The notes under the pieces are model-generated. The model did not search any database, was not told the origin of the DNA, and worked only from the letters and a program-made list of their open reading frames with translations. Of a stretch of DNA of 64,000 bases, positions 26,540-39,630 are shown one piece after another (position 1 is the first letter of the stretch; the number at the start of each line of letters is the position of its first letter). Position numbers and translations under genes: made by a program. The DNA comes from the human T2T-CHM13v2.0 reference genome, Homo sapiens: NCBI RefSeq assembly GCF_009914755.1, contig NC_060932.1. One strand, given 5' to 3'.

Positions 26540-27770
26540 TCAAAGGCTCCCGGGGACCTCCCGGACTCAATCCGCAGAGCCCACAGCTGCATCCACTCCC
26601 AGCATAACGGGAGCTCGGGGTCACGGAGATTAAGGACGATTCCCAAGTTTGTTTGAAATGTTTTCTAAATAAACAGTCAAACCACTCTTGGTTTTCATGT
26701 ACATCTCAACGTAAAAACTTTTCTTTGTTCAAAACCCACATCAAAGATCCCAGCGTCATTTCTTTCACTGGTTTTCGTAGATGATTCCGTGTTCACCTTC
26801 ATCTGATGTGGGTATTACTAAGACAGTTTTCTTGCAGGGCAAACCCCCAAAGCCACTGCATGTCTGCCAGAGAATTGGGGATGCCAGTCCCTGGTGGGGA
26901 GGGAAGGGCGGCACCGCAGGCTCGGCTGCCTGTGTACGCAGAGAAGTGGAGACACAGCAGGCAACACACATAAGAACAGGGATTAGGCAGCAGTCAAACT
27001 GGCCACCTCAACTTACGTGTGAAATGCCCCCACTAGATAAGGCGTCACAGCAGCCACGCCTCCCAAGTCCCACACACTCACCTGGCTGCTAACTCTGAAC
27101 ATAAACTCCACAGTGCCTTGTTTATTTTCTTCCAACTAGCAGTTCTTCCCAGGCTTTGGCCCTGGTTCTTGCCTTCAGTTAGCATATATCCAGAATACAA
27201 ATATTAGTGGCCCTGTTAATGACCTCTTAGGATTCCCAAGAGGGGCTTCATTTCTCCTTGCCTAAGCATTTTTTCCCTGCCAGGGCACGGGCCCAGCTCT
27301 GGTCTCTCTCCCTCTGGCCAGGGATGCTGAAAATATCTTTTAAAGAGATGAAAGTAATACAACGAGCTCAGCTGTCCCTGACTCGCAGGCGCCTCTGCAC
27401 ATCCTTATTTTACCACTTGACTTCTTAAAGGGGCCAGGCCTTTAATTTTTCCAGGTCCTCTTGAATGTATGTGAAGCCATCAAACCACTCACAGCATGGA
27501 TTAATCGGAATTGAACTGTTTTCTGCACACAGCAGTGTAGAAGCTCCCATGGAAGGGGTCACTGGGAGCTTTCAGGAAGAGTCACTGGATTTGTTTTTGG
27601 AAGGCTTAAGATGGGATCTTGGTAAACCAGAATGTCTGGAAGGCCAGATCCCATCCTCTGCACAGAACCGGGGAAAAAAGAGGAAATTGTGGCCGGAGAG
27701 GCTAAGCGACTAGCTTCAGGGCCACACAGCCAGTGAGGTGAAAACAGGACTTGGATTTAAGATTTGTTAC

Positions 27771-28648
27771 TGTGATACAGATATAATAAGAAGTATTTGG
27801 TCTTCATCTCCAGCTCCCAGCCAGAGCTCCTAGAACTCTTGTAACTTCTTAAGCGATAAGAGTGACAGGAGCATCTCTTGTGAGAAACTTTGCTTTTTGT
27901 CCCTACTCCTGAAATAGCTCTGGAGCATCTTTTTAAAATTCATAGTAAGCCCCTTCCAACCATACCTGAGTTTGGGTGGGATCGAAGGATGAGGTGCTGA
28001 TTGTCAGGGAAATCAACCACGTGATTAGGAAGTTGGACCATTCAGCCCCACTTGGAAGTGGAGAGGGGCTGCAAAGATTGAATTCAAGTAACAATGGCCA
28101 GTGATTTAATCAGTCATGCTAATGTAATGAAAGCCCCATAAAAACCCAAAAGGACAGGGTTCAGAGAGGTGCAGTGCTGAACACATCGAGGTACCTGGCG
28201 GGCGGCGTGCCCAGAGAGGGCAGGGAAGCTCTGCGCCCCATCCCCATACCTGGCCCTCTGCATCTCTCCCATCCCTCTGTTCCCGAGTTGTGTCCTTTAT
28301 AATAAACTGATGAACCTAACTTTTCCTGAGTTCTGTGAGTTGGGTTCTAGCAAATAATCAAACCCACGGAGGGGGTCTAAAGGGAATCTCTGACTTTCAG
28401 CCAGTTGCTTATATGTTCTGGAAGCTTGGATTTGAGATTTCATCTGAAGTCAGGGGCAGCCTGTGGGACTGAGCCCTTACCCTGTGGGGTCTTCACTAAC
28501 TCCAGGTTGATTATGTCAGAATGGAATTGAATAGTGGGACACCCAGCTGGGGTTGGGGCATTGGTCAATGTGCAAAACACCTGCACAGTTGGGGTCACCA
28601 GTGTGGGAGTGAGCAGGGGAAATGAATCTTCATTTTCATTGCTCCACA
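27771..28648 (+). mobile_element. MER21-like solo LTR
   Basis: TGTGATA...aataagaa.tatttggtctt..., ttttcctgagttctgtgag, gggactgagccctta; TG...CA ends. Confidence 0.75.
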
Positions 28649-29133
28649 CCAGCTCTGCTCCTACAGAACTGCATAGAGTTGGGGTCGCATCTTCTCAGGA
28701 AATGTTTCTGAAAAACAGGATTTTCTCAAAGTGGAAGTGCAGACAAGAGAAGGAGCAGGAGCAGAAGAGAAACTTGGATTTGGAACGTGGCCTTTCCCGA
28801 GAGGAAGGGTCTGTCTACCACGCACGAGGCATTGGTCATGTGCAAAGGGCCACCAGGGACAGCCAAGGCTCCGCCATTACAATCCTATGGATGGCTTCCT
28901 AGTGCCCAGAGGCTCAAGCCTAAACTCCTGACCACTGGAATGCCCTTGGTTATCCCCACCTTCCTTTCCAGGCTTATTTTTTGTCTCTTACATCCCAAAC
29001 CCTTGCCATGCTGTACTATTTGGGAGGATCAGACAACATTATGCTGTTTCAAGCATGGTTCTCTTTACCTGGGACACATTCAACTTCCACATCCACCTGG
29101 TGGACATGAACTTACTCTTTAAGACTTGGGTCA

Positions 29134-29511
<378 letters not shown>

Positions 29512-32500
29512 CTAAACAGATTCTCCCGGGCACCTGGTACAGCAAAATCTAGGCACAGGGATGGGAGAAGGGAGTCCGAGGACTCCAAAGGATTCTGCCT
29601 CCTTGATTGTAAAACAGAGACAGAAACATCTCAGCAGCTGCAGGGAAAACTGTTTAGAAACTTCCTCCTCTGATTATTTATTCTGAGTTTACACTGCATG
29701 CTGGGGTGCCCACAGCTCCCCTCGTCCCCAGACTTACTTCCCTAAATACTGAAAACATGTACGAAGTGTTAAACATTTTTCAAGTGCTCTAAGCCATGAA
29801 TGATAACCATCAACAAACTCTGGTTTAGAATTCACCCTGGTGTCATCTGCATATTTTTTTTCCATATGAAACCAAATTGAGAAAGATTTTTTAAACAATC
29901 TGAACTTATATCCTGCTTTAAATTCATGCTGTGGGACTTAAAAAAAACCTGAATTCTTCACCCACCCCTTAGTTGCAAAAACACTATTTATTTTTCCTGC
30001 AAATGGACCATCTACTAGGGTAAAACAAATGTATTTCTCTCTTGAGATATGTATACGTAGCGGGTTTTTTTTTTTTTTTTTTTTCCTGGCCAAACTCCCA
30101 AAAGCCAAACATGTCACGGAATGACTGATATTGCCTTTGACTGAAAAAAAGCTTTATCTCTCAGCAAGCAGAAATCGGGACATCTGGATTCTAGACCCAA
30201 TTTGGCCGTGACCTAGGCTGGGTGATTTTGGGGATTCCTCTCATCTCTCTGTTGTTGGTCTCTGTTCTGAAAACTGGTGGGGTGGGGTTGGGCGAGAGAG
30301 AGGAATGGGTCTGAAACCCATCCAACCCTAAAATCCTATGACTTCAGATCAAAACATGGGTAAACAATGGCAAGATTTTTGTTCTGAAAAATATTTTAAT
30401 GTGGACTCAGATGGGTCCTGAGAAGCCTTCTGTGGCATGCCCTCCTCCAGGGAAAACCCCCAACTTCCACGTCCCTAGTGAGGGGTGTCTGTCATGTTTT
30501 CTCACCAGTCCCTTTTGCACAGTTACATCCCCATCTGCTGGAACTTCAGGTCTTTGCTGCTAACGGCACGGGCTTCAGAGGTGTTTGGGAAGGTTGAAAG
30601 GCCTCGGGGTTAGCAGAGGCCACCCTGGTTAGCGGCTCTTCCCGCACGATGTTGGCTTGTGGAGGAGGGTAGCTCTCCGGTGCTGCAAACGCTTTTTTCC
30701 CACCCCGTAGATCCTACGGTGGGGCTTCCCAGGGCGCAGGGAATGACTAAGAAACCCTCAGACATGGGCACCATGTCTGTCAGAATTTCCACACTTTTCT
30801 GAAAGCTGAGCCTTGGCTCTCCCCCACAGAGCCCGGGTCTCAGGGATATGGTTAATGCTTCTGGGACTGGAATTCCCTGGAAACATAAGCAGGAGGCTGA
30901 ATACAGCTTGATGTTGTTGTGGTCAGAGCAAGCTGGTGGGCAGAGGCTGTGGGAAGACACCCCGCAATGGGACAGGCACAGACCTCAGCCCTGAATCGTG
31001 ACAACTATTCCCCTCCAGCCCCAAGGTCCTTACATCTGCATCTGGAGCTACCAGTGAAAGAGGGGATTACTTGGGGTTTTAAGGAGCCCGGCCCTACTAC
31101 CCAAGACCAGGGGCCGAAGCCCCCATCCCAGGGTCAGGAAGTCAGCGGCTGGGGATTTTGTTCAGCCTCAGCCCTGGCCTAAGGACGTGAGGAAGTCCGT
31201 CCTCCCCTATGGGCCTCTGAAAATGGGGAGATGGAGGCTGGCCTCCCAGTTTCTTTGTTCTACGATTCCTCTGGGTCTCCCAGAGTCCTCCTCATGTTGT
31301 GTAGAGCTTCCTGTTCATGGAGCTGTCTCTGCTCAGCCCCTTCACCTCCCAATTTCACTGCCTCTGGAGACTACTGGGGGTGGGGGTCTTGTCAGAGGGC
31401 AGGAAAGAAAAGTTCAGCGCTTTGTGCAAGCTTAGGCTCTGGGTTCTGTCTGAGTTCTGGGCTGCAATGAGGGTGTAGCTCTTCGAGGCAGGAAAGAAAG
31501 CCTCAGTCCCTGAGGGGAGGCTGTCCAGAGCTGATGTCACCTCTTGCTGTACAGTCAAGAGGCTCCAGGGCCAAGTGGAGGGGGTGGCCTCCCCCCACGC
31601 CTCCCCACCCATCCCCAGGGAGCCCCGCACCCCTGTGGCTCTGGCTCTCACCTCCCTGCACCGTAGCTCTGGCCTCAGGGCCCAACCCCAGTACAGAGCC
31701 CACCAGCCTGGCCCACAGGAGCAAGGTGAATAGAGACCACGCATCCTCCACAGCATGGGGAACGCCCTGCTGGCTCGACCTCCTCACTTGCTCTCTCAAG
31801 TCTGCTGAAAGAAGAGCCACCAGAGAATTCCCAACAAGAGCCCCTCTGGCATGCGGGCAGTGTTTCTGATCTCAAAGCCATCTTTCCACATAGTTCCTCC
31901 CTTCCTGCCCACCCCCATCAGGAGTTGTTTATTTCTCAGAACTAAATGCCACGATCCTTCTCAGCTACCTTGGCAGCATTCTGTCAGAAACCAGTCAACA
32001 AACAGAGCAGGGAAAAACAGCACCCCGAAGACAGCATTCAGGACCCAGCCCTTTATACAAAAGGGATCAGATCAGGTCTACTAGATGGCCCCATTCAGTC
32101 AGACACACCCAGTTAAGCAGCCCTGGAAAGGGACTCTAGAGAATGCTAGAAGTACTGTGAAGCTCGCAGATGGCCTTGTGGACTTTAGCACTTCAGGTGA
32201 GGTGAGTGTGGGGGGTCCAGGATCAGCCTGGGCATTTCCTTGTTTTTCTACGGGCAAGTCCATCACTTTCAAGGACAAGGTGCTGTCACCTGCCTTGCTC
32301 CTATTTGATCCTGAATCATGCCTCAGGGAGGGGAGGGCAGGGCAGAGAGAAAGCAGGGGCAAGTTTAAGTGTCAGGGGGCCTTGGGGAGGCCTCTTTTTG
32401 GGAGTGAGGTCTCCTTCTGGTCCTGCACAGCTGGGACTAAAGTGTGATGTGAAGGGCCTACTGCACCATACCATCCTGAGTGTGCTTGATCTCATCTGAA

Positions 32501-32520
32501 GGACCTAGTGAGACCAAGGA

Positions 32521-32772
32521 AGCATGAAAATAGCAGACCATTCAGCTTTAGTTTACATCTCAGCTGATATGAGCAACTGAAGAGAAGGCAGTTGAAGTGT
32601 CTGATGTGTACTGCATGGCCAAGAGTAATCGTGTAATGATCTGGAGGATTAGGCAGGCACCAAGAAGTGAGCCAAAGTTTCATCATATAGAAATGTTAGA
32701 TGGTGTGGGAAGATCAATGAATGAGTAATTAATAATTTTTATTAGCGGGTGTGTTTTGCAGGTCTTGGCCAT
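32521..32772 (-). pseudogene. MT-CYB pseudogene fragment (codons 1-84)
   Basis: Mito-code translation [83 protein letters not shown]; TAA at codon 75 (32550-32548); no frameshift. Confidence 0.93.
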
Positions 32773-32776
32773 TAGT

Positions 32777-32845
32777 GTTCTTCTAGTTGAAGCACAACAA
32801 TAATTTTTCATGTCATTAGTCATGGTTATCGCCCATGTGGGAATA
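32777..32845 (+). pseudogene. mt-tRNA-Glu pseudogene within the NUMT
   Basis: GTTCTTCTAGTTGAAGCACAAC...TTTTTCAT...GAATA aligns to mt-tRNA-Glu; TTC anticodon retained; stems are degenerate. Confidence 0.88.
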
Positions 32846-32992
32846 ATGGCATATGCTCTATTTGTTTTAAGTGTCCTTTTGGTTGTAGGGTTTGTAGGTT
32901 TCTCTTCGAAACCTTCTCCTATTTATGGAGGCCTATGGCTAATTATTAGTGGTGCTGTAGGTTGTGGTATTGCGTTGAATTTTGGTGGGGCT
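32846..32992 (+). pseudogene. MT-ND6 pseudogene fragment (about 48 codons)
   Basis: [48 protein letters not shown] contains the ND6 motif [16 protein letters not shown]. Confidence 0.93.
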
Positions 32993-33629
32993 GATAGTCT
33001 TTGATTTATTTGGGTGTCATGAGACCCCTTTCTGTGTCCAGCTTGTGACTCTGCAGTGGCCCCTGTCCCTGAGTGTCCGGGGGGGAAGCTATTAACACAG
33101 GGACTCTTTCCCCAGGCCCCATCCTCCCAGAGCCAAGACCGGAGCCTAGATGCCAGAGGCAGTGATATTCTGCTTGCGCCCTCACGTGGGACAGAGCCAA
33201 CTAACACCACATGCTGGGTTTGGTGTTTTTTCTTTTGCTCCTTTTTAAACTTGGCTAGGAGACTCTGTTCATTCTTCTCTGGCAAGTCTCCAAGATTCTA
33301 CATGTAGCCCTCTAGGGGAAAAGTAAACCTTAGAAGAGTGGCACAACTAAATAAGCTGATCCCCTTGTCAACATTCTAGCAAGGACCGCATCAGAAAGAT
33401 GCCCATTCCTAACAGGGTGGTCTGCCGGATCGCAAGCTCTCCAGCGTCACTCCTCCATCAGTGGCAAATGGGGAAAACAAAGGCGATGCCACTTTGTCTC
33501 TGCACCTTTCCCTGTGTAACACCCAGGGAGGGGAGGCCTTTAACAAGGTCAGTAGCTGAATTTGTGCAAGCACCTCCGATGATTTTAGGAAGCGTGTCTG
33601 AGTGGGTGTATTACACAGAATAATAATCA

Positions 33630-33850
33630 CAAACAGGTACTGAGTCCTCACCAGGTGTCCAGCATGATCATAAGCACTTTACACAGATTAACTCATTCAA
33701 TTTTCACAATGACCTTATAAGGTAAAGACTCCTGTTATCCCTATTTTATAGATGAGAACACTGAGGCACAGAGATTATACCAGCTGGGCTAGCGAGTGAC
33801 CGGGGGAAGCCTCCAGATCCATGCACACAACCGCCAGGTTTATGACACCT
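33630..33850 (-). mobile_element. MIR
   Basis: ttatccctattttatagatgagaacactgaggcacagaga core. Confidence 0.7.
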
Positions 33851-34053
33851 CTAGAAATGTGGCCAGTGCCCCTGGGGTCTATCAGCATCTCTTGCTAGAC
33901 CAGCAGAGCCCTAAAAAAGGTAGGGAGCCTCCTTTGACACTTGAGCCCCAGCCATGGCTCCAGCCTCTGAACCTCCAAACTTATGGGGCTGCTCGGGGGA
34001 CAGCTAGCCCTGTGCCAACACCATATCCCACGGCCCCAGCAGAATGTCCTTAC

Positions 34054-34110
34054 TGGCATCCCCAGCTCTGTCTCCTTTCTCTCCTTTCTCTCCTTTTGGG
34101 CCTCGGTCAC
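34054..34110 (-). CDS. SCARA5: SCARA5 exon 7 (57 bp), end of collagen domain: GDRGPKGEKGEKGDRAGDA
   Basis: Acceptor tctgttttAG at 34112-34111; donor GTaagg at 34053; Gly-X-Y frame continues from exon 6. Confidence 0.95.
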
Positions 34111-34906
34111 CTAAAACAGAGGAGGAAACTGGCATTAGAAATGGAAAGAAATCCTAATTGTGAATAAAATATTACCTGCAGGAGATTGATGAACTCGAGA
34201 CCAGAGAAACCCTCAGGCAGGAGCCAGCAGCAACTGGAGAGCCCAGCAGGCAGGAGAAGAGGGCAGCCAATTCTGCCATCTGCCCTGGGTACCCCGAGAA
34301 GGAGGAGGCATGAGTGAGAAAATCCCACCCGTTTGTAAAGAACCAAAGAGCACATGGAATCTTGCAGGAAGAAGACAAGTCAAAGATAGTCCTATTAAAC
34401 ACTCAAGGTTTTAGAAGTCCAAATCCAAGTTTGTTCTAATGAGCCCAGGGGAAAACAAAGGAGAGGGGGCTTTAGTTAAATAGGGGGAGAGGCGGGTTCT
34501 ATGTTGAGCAGGTTTTCTTGTGGGAGAGACCATAAAACATAAGTGTGAGATACCAGGGAATTGTGGCATTTCCTTCCCAGGATATGGCTAAAGAAGACCT
34601 GTTTGGCCAGCTGGCATCTCCCTCTACAAAGAAGTAGAAAATCCTGGCACCACTCACTGGACATTAAAATGACAAGGGACTTCTATTCCAAGGACCCCCA
34701 GAAAGACATCTGCCAATCAAAAGCCCATGGGCATGCTGTCTGGTGAAAAAATCAAGCCAGCAAATTCCAGGGGAGAATGCCCAGGATGATCCAAGATTTG
34801 GCGGGGGGGGGGGGGGGGGAAAAGGCAGCCATATACATATATAGGAATATGCTCAGAATAAGATCTGGCAGGGTGTGCTCCAAAGCATTGACGGTAGTTA
34901 TTCTAA

Positions 34907-35335
<429 letters not shown>

Positions 35336-35989
35336 TAAAATCAACTTTTTAAAATGGGATCATAAAAGAAAGGAAAACCTCAGCCTGTTTCATCACTGAC
35401 CAGAAAGTAAAATAAAATTTCTCAGTGATCTAAGATCAAGAGATCACCCTAGACATGGAGTGGGAATGATTAGCAGTACTTTTTTCTTAGTTTTCATTTT
35501 AACAAGTGAGGAGTAGAAAGCCTGGGGAAAGAGCATCAGATGTCCTTGTCTTCCGCAGTGATGCTACGAGGCTTAGACAATCTTGAAGCGAGCATGAAAA
35601 GACAGACTGACTGTAAAAGTAGGTTCCCCTAACGTAAACAAGGGGACTGCCTACAGGAAGAAGAGCAAATCAGAAGGAACATTTTTGGCACTGTAAATCT
35701 GAGAATTGAATTAAAATTGTAAATCCTGGGGGAATAAAAGAGTATATAGAAGGTCAGGAGTCTGGCAGGACTAGGGAGGAGGGCTGTCCTGGGCCTGCAG
35801 CCCTGGTGTCTGCCCTGCAGGCCCCTTGTTGGCTTTCTCTGGTTACATCTCTGGGCTGCAACCTACCATAACACTCCCTTGCATTTCTACAGGGACTTTA
35901 GCATTTGCACACATACGTGCTTGCTCACTCCTCCTGACAGCCCTGTGAGATATAGTATCATGAGGATTTCTAGATTTTTGTGTGTGTGT

Positions 35990-36250
35990 TTTATTTTGTT
36001 TTAGAGATGAGCTCTTGCTCTGTCACCCAGGGTGGTGGCACAATCATAGCTCACTATAGCCTCCAACTCCTGGACTCAGGAGATCCTTCCCACTCATCCT
36101 CCCAAGTAGCTGGGACTACAGATAAGTGCCACCACACTTGGCTAATTATTTTATATTTTGTAGAGATGAGGCTCTTGGGCTCAAGCAATCCACCTGCCTG
36201 GTCCTCTCAAAATGCTGGAACTACAGACATGAGTCACCACACCTGGCTGA
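35990..36250 (-). mobile_element. Degenerate AluJ
   Basis: Antisense Alu with internal deletions. Confidence 0.8.
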
Positions 36251-36426
36251 GGGTTTCTAGTTTTTGGAGGAAAAACTAAATGCTTTAACAAGATGAAGAG
36301 ACTTGTACAAGGTTGCCCCGCTGGTCCGTGGCACAGTGAAGATAAGAGTCCTGGTCCCCCATGCCAATGCCCATGTGCTGCCTGGGACCGGTGGTGAGGC
36401 TCAGGGAGAACTGAGATTGTTATTAC

Positions 36427-36525
36427 CTTTGAACCCACGCATGCCCATTGGTCCTGTGGCCCCCAGCTTCCCATCATCGCCCTTGGGCCCGGGCAATCCT
36501 GGGGTACCTCTCTCCCCGGGCAGAC
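36427..36525 (-). CDS. SCARA5: SCARA5 exon 6 (99 bp), collagen: GLPGERGTPGLPGPKGDDGKLGATGPMGMRGFK
   Basis: Acceptor ttttctccccAG at 36527-36526; donor GTaata at 36426; 11 Gly-X-Y triplets. Confidence 0.96.
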
Positions 36526-36851
36526 CTGGGGAGAAAACAGACAAATGGCAGAGCCTCAGATGCAGAACAGGAAGGACCCTCAGAGGTCATCGTCGGGTTC
36601 AAGGCTCAGCCTCCCCCATGCATCCTCTCTTAGCCTCTGTGTCTGGCTTTTTTCTGTTAATCTAAAGATGCCACCACAGCAGAGTCAAAGAGGTCCACAT
36701 GGACCCTCCCATGCATACCTTGTATCCATCAGGCTTGGGATCCTCCTGCTAGAAAGGTCCAGTGCTGTTGTGAGTGACGGTGGGGGTGCCTATTCCTTTG
36801 GGGGTGTCCCTTTGCCCTTCAGCATGCTGGAGACTTAGAATCAGCAAACAC

Positions 36852-37148
36852 TTTTTTTTTTTTTTTTTTTGAGACAAAGTCTCGCTCTGTCACCCAGGCT
36901 GGAGTGGCACGATCTCGGCTCACTACAACCTCCGCCTCCTAGGTTCAGGCAATCCTCCCACCTCACCCTCCCGAGTAACTGGGATTACAGGCACACGCCG
37001 CCACGCCCAGCTAATATTTGTATTTTTAATAGAGACATGGTTTCACCATGTTGGCCAGGCTGGTCTCAAACTCCTGTCCTCAAGTGATCTGCCTGCCTCG
37101 GCTTCCCAAAATGTTGGAATTACAGGCGTGAGCCACCGCGTCCAGCCT
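36852..37148 (-). mobile_element. AluS
   Basis: Antisense dimer; TSD TAGAATCAGCAAACACTTTT. Confidence 0.93.
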
Positions 37149-38940
37149 AGAATCAGCAAACACTTTTTTGAGTGCTTTCTACGTGCCAGGCCCTGCTCTG
37201 GATGCTTTTCATAAAGTATCTCATTTAATCATCACAAGACATTGGGAGGGATTATTCTGCCTGTGTTAGACAAATGAGCCAATCGGAGCTCAGAGAGATT
37301 AAGTAACTGCCCAAGGTCACACAGCAGTGTTGGAGGCAGGATCTGAGCCCTGCTCTTGCTGAAATGAGAGTTCATGGTCGGTCAGCATCACTTCATGCTG
37401 ATCAACAGGGCTTACTGGTACTTAGGGAGGGGGGTGGGAAGAAGAAAAAGTAGCTTCTCGTTTTATTTAAGGAAAAAAAACACAAAAAGATCCCTTCCCT
37501 TGCATACACACAGGGAGGTATAGCAAAAGGGATTGGAGGCGAGGTCAGTAAATGGATGGCCTGCTGCCAATCAAGCCCCAGGGCTCTTGGCCATGAGGCC
37601 CCTTGGCCACCTCCTGCGGTGACGGTGCCGGCGCCATGCAGAGCCAGCATAAACAAGTCCTTGACCGAGTGAGAGCCCTGGCCCCGTGAGGCCTGGCCTA
37701 AGCGTGTAGTTATCTCTGCAAAGCAGAGCACCCTTAATTAACTGACTAATTGTTCTTTCCTGCTTGGAATATGAGTTGGTTTGCTTTGGGCTTTTTCTGG
37801 GACTCAGAGAAATCTGTCTCCCAGTAATGAATTACTCCTCTAGTCCGAAGGTCCAATGGCTGGAAGAAGACAGGTTTCTCGGAGAGAGCTGATTGGGTTT
37901 CCTCCTTTTCCCTCCTAATACAACATATCTGTTCCCAGAGTCCAACAGCTCCACTGCCACAGAATTATTGATCTAGCACAAGCTGTGCCCCAGGCTCCCC
38001 ATCTTATGATTCGCTAGGGCAGAAAATGCAGTTCCAGAGCCCCATGAGCCCCTGAGCAGCCTCAGTGCTGACTTTAGGGAGGTTCCCTGAGAGGGGAGGG
38101 CCAGGAGTAGAGACTGGGCTGGGAGCTTTCCTTCCTCCAGGCACTGTCTCCTCTACTGTGTTTGCAACATCCTAGAGATTTAGGAAGCAGATGGTTTGGA
38201 GGTATAATTCCTAAAATAAATAACCAGACACCTTTCTCCCTCTATTTCCTTTTCTTCCATCACTTAGAAGACAACAGTCTCCCAGCAAAATGTTGCAAGC
38301 AGCACAGGCTCAGGAATGGACAGACTGGCAGGCAAGGTACAATGAAGGAACTCAACGGGAGCTTGGGAGACAGTGAGTCTAAGAAGAACCTTGTCTTTCT
38401 AGAAGGCCCAAAGTACCCTCCCCACCAGCCACTGGCTCTTCAGGGCTGTCACTATGTGCAGCAGGATGGGGAGGGGACGGGTCAAAAGAGGAAGGGATAG
38501 GTATTCATGACCCATTCGTAGACCTGGGCAGGGTCAGCAGGAGTCATGGTGGGGCGGGAGGGTGGCAGGTAGCTAGTGATCAGGAAACACTGATGGGACA
38601 GCATCTTCAAAGGGTTGGTCTGGATCTCAAAACATCTCCAGCTCCTTCTGCATGCTCTGCTCACACAGACCCTGGCTCCTGGGCTGGGAAGGGGCTTCAG
38701 GGAGCTGAAGGCCTGTCCTGTACCTTTTCCTTCAGACTGTGGCACTTGCTAAGGAAAAGTATGCGCTGCATCCCACCGTGACACCAGCAACCTCTTAGTC
38801 TCTTGTTGGAACAGAGCGTTTGAGGCGGAGTTGATTGGGCACTCCCCTGGGGAGCCCTGGCATTTATACCATCAAGAAAGTAGCGGGTAGAGATGGATTG
38901 GGGATCTCTCCCAGGTACCACCCAGGGGCACACTCATTAC

Positions 38941-39021
38941 CTCGAAGTCCAGGCAATCCAGGGATGCCAGGCCTGCCTTCCTTTCCTTCATCCCCCTGAT
39001 CACCTTTGGGTCCCGGTGGCC
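38941..39021 (-). CDS. SCARA5: SCARA5 exon 5 (81 bp), collagen: GPPGPKGDQGDEGKEGRPGIPGLPGLR
   Basis: Inside ORF 38864..39211(-); acceptor tttttgcctttccAG at 39023-39022; donor GTaatg at 38940; 9 Gly-X-Y triplets. Confidence 0.96.
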
Positions 39022-39274
39022 CTGGAAAGGCAAAAACAGCACTGAGGTTAGGGGGCTCCCTTCTGGAACAGGACCAGGTCATCTGTAGAGGAAACAAAAT
39101 GCCCTCTCTGAGGAGAGGAAGGGGCAGCATTAGCTTTGGAAACTCACAGGAAACCCCCAGCCCAGTCTCGGGGGGCATCAGGAAAGTCTTCCTGGAAGAA
39201 GTAATATCCAAAGTGAAATCTCAAAGAGAAACAGGAGTTAGCTAAGTAAACAGAGGGGTGGGAGAGGGACACAC

Positions 39275-39630
39275 ACACACTGAATATGTATGTCCCCTCC
39301 CAAAACCATATGTGGAATCCCTAATCCCCAATGTGACAGTTTTAAGAGGTGGGGTCTTTGGGAGGTGATGAGGTTTTGATGAAGTCACAGGGGTCAGCCC
39401 ACATGGGGTTAGTGGTTTTATAAGTAAAGACACCAGGGAGTTCTCTCTCTCTCTCAAACAGACACAGCAAGAAGGCAGCAGTCTGCACACCAGGAGGAGA
39501 GTCCTCACCACAACCCAGCCCTGCCACACCCTGATCCTGGACTTTCAGCCTCCAGAGCTGTGAGAAATAAATGCCTGTTGTTTCAGCAGCTCAGTCTATG
39601 GTATTTTGTTGTGGCAGCCTGGGCTAAGAG
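39275..39630 (+). mobile_element. MLT1A-like MaLR LTR
   Basis: tgtcccctcccaaa..catatgtggaatccctaatccccaatgtga...ggactttcagcctccagagctgtgagaaataaat. Confidence 0.8.

Larger units (their letters stand above)
32521..32992. pseudogene. NUMT: contiguous mtDNA segment CYTB(5')-tRNA-Glu-ND6(5')
   Basis: Mitochondrial gene order and spacing are preserved: CYTB ATG at 32772(-), a 4-nt spacer, a 69-nt tRNA-Glu, then ND6 ATG at 32846(+). Confidence 0.95.

Noticed and set aside
32777-32845. tRNA-like sequence with a TTC anticodon
   Set aside because: A mitochondrial-type tRNA inside a NUMT with mismatched stems; not a functional nuclear tRNA.
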